Origin: Candidatus Foliamicus sp.
Lineage (GTDB): Bacteria > Pseudomonadota > Gammaproteobacteria > Steroidobacterales > Foliamicaceae
Length of the DNA stretch: 64,000 nucleotides
Reading direction: 5' to 3'
NCBI GenBank assembly: GCA_965249285.1
Contig: OZ252226.1
Span: forward strand, 1,465,360 to 1,529,359
The position numbers and the translations under genes were made by a program. The notes beneath the pieces are model-generated. The model saw nothing but the letters and a program-made list of their open reading frames with translations. It made no database searches and was not told the origin of the DNA. Below are positions 63,608-64,000 of this stretch, one piece after another. The first letter of the stretch is position 1. Every line of letters begins with the position of its first letter.

Positions 63608-64000
63608 ATGGCTAGCACAGCTGACACAAACTACGCCGGCGTGTGGGACAACCGGCTTGGATTCGGCAACACACCGGTCGTCATCGTCATCGACCTGCTC
63701 AAGGGCTACACGACCGAAGGATCCGCGTTGTATGCGCCCGGCGTTGTGGCCTGCCTGAAGGAAGTACCCGAGGTGGTTGAAGCGGCCCGGGCTAAGGGTG
63801 TACCGGTGATTCACACCCGCGTTCTGTACAACCCCGCCAACTTCGAGGACGGCGGTGTCTGGACCTTGAAGGCCCCGGTGCTCAAGGACCTGGTGCCCGG
63901 CAACCTGTACGCCGAGTTCTGCGACGAAGTAGCGCCGCCACCCGGCGAAACGGTCCTGACCAAGAACTATGCAAGCTGCTTCTTCGGTACCAGCCTTTCA
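63608..64000 (+). CDS. isochorismatase-family cysteine hydrolase, N-terminal part (runs off the window)
   Basis: The ATG at 63608 is preceded by GAGGAA. The translation MASTADTNYAGVWDNRLGFGNTPVVIVIDLLKGYT...GVPVIHTRV...TKNYASCFFGTSL matches the isochorismatase/CSHase pattern (D...K...C triad region). It is not in the ORF track because it has no stop in the window. Confidence 0.7.
   Translation, partial: MASTADTNYAGVWDNRLGFGNTPVVIVIDLLKGYTTEGSALYAPGVVACLKEVPEVVEAARAKGVPVIHTRVLYNPANFEDGGVWTLKAPVLKDLVPGNLYAEFCDEVAPPPGETVLTKNYASCFFGTSLS

Overview
This is a GC-rich (by eye about 65%) gammaproteobacterial core-genome window. Its gene order resembles Pseudomonas and E. coli. It runs alaS'-recX-recA-pncC-mutS, then a four-gene acyl-CoA cluster, aspS, an M16 peptidase, clpB-pgeF-rluD next to bamD, and rluC next to rne. 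It continues with kdsB-lpxK-msbA-comEC-lolD/E/C next to mfd, then csiV-like, an MTA/MTI phosphorylase, nagZ, an L,D-transpeptidase, a PolB-like exonuclease, acpS-pdxJ, rhlE and ligA-smc. The last block is queF, dksA, and the complete tRNA-fMet-rimP-nusA-infB-rbfA-truB-rpsO-pnp operon. About 54 protein genes and one tRNA are supported. There is no rRNA, CRISPR array, transposase or integrase, and I found no convincing multi-gene novel system or defence island. Six observations stand out. (1) A dense REP/BIME-like palindromic family (core GAGGGCA-nnn-TGCCCTC) sits at ten gene-3' loci, and three inserts are bracketed by 20-34 bp direct duplications that copy gene termini. (2) A 271-bp element with 33-bp terminal inverted repeats is inserted in the TAG stop codon of a membrane-protein gene. 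(3) A low-GC roughly 1.1-kb islet between mfd and csiV carries a lone NYN-domain gene with an in-frame TGA followed by 27 more open codons. (4) PNPase has a tandemly duplicated S1 domain and an Arg-rich tail. (5) DksA has only one of the four zinc-finger cysteines. (6) RNase E is short and ends in a poly-Arg tail. All functional calls come from reading the translated ORFs and from remembered family signatures. No database search was run.
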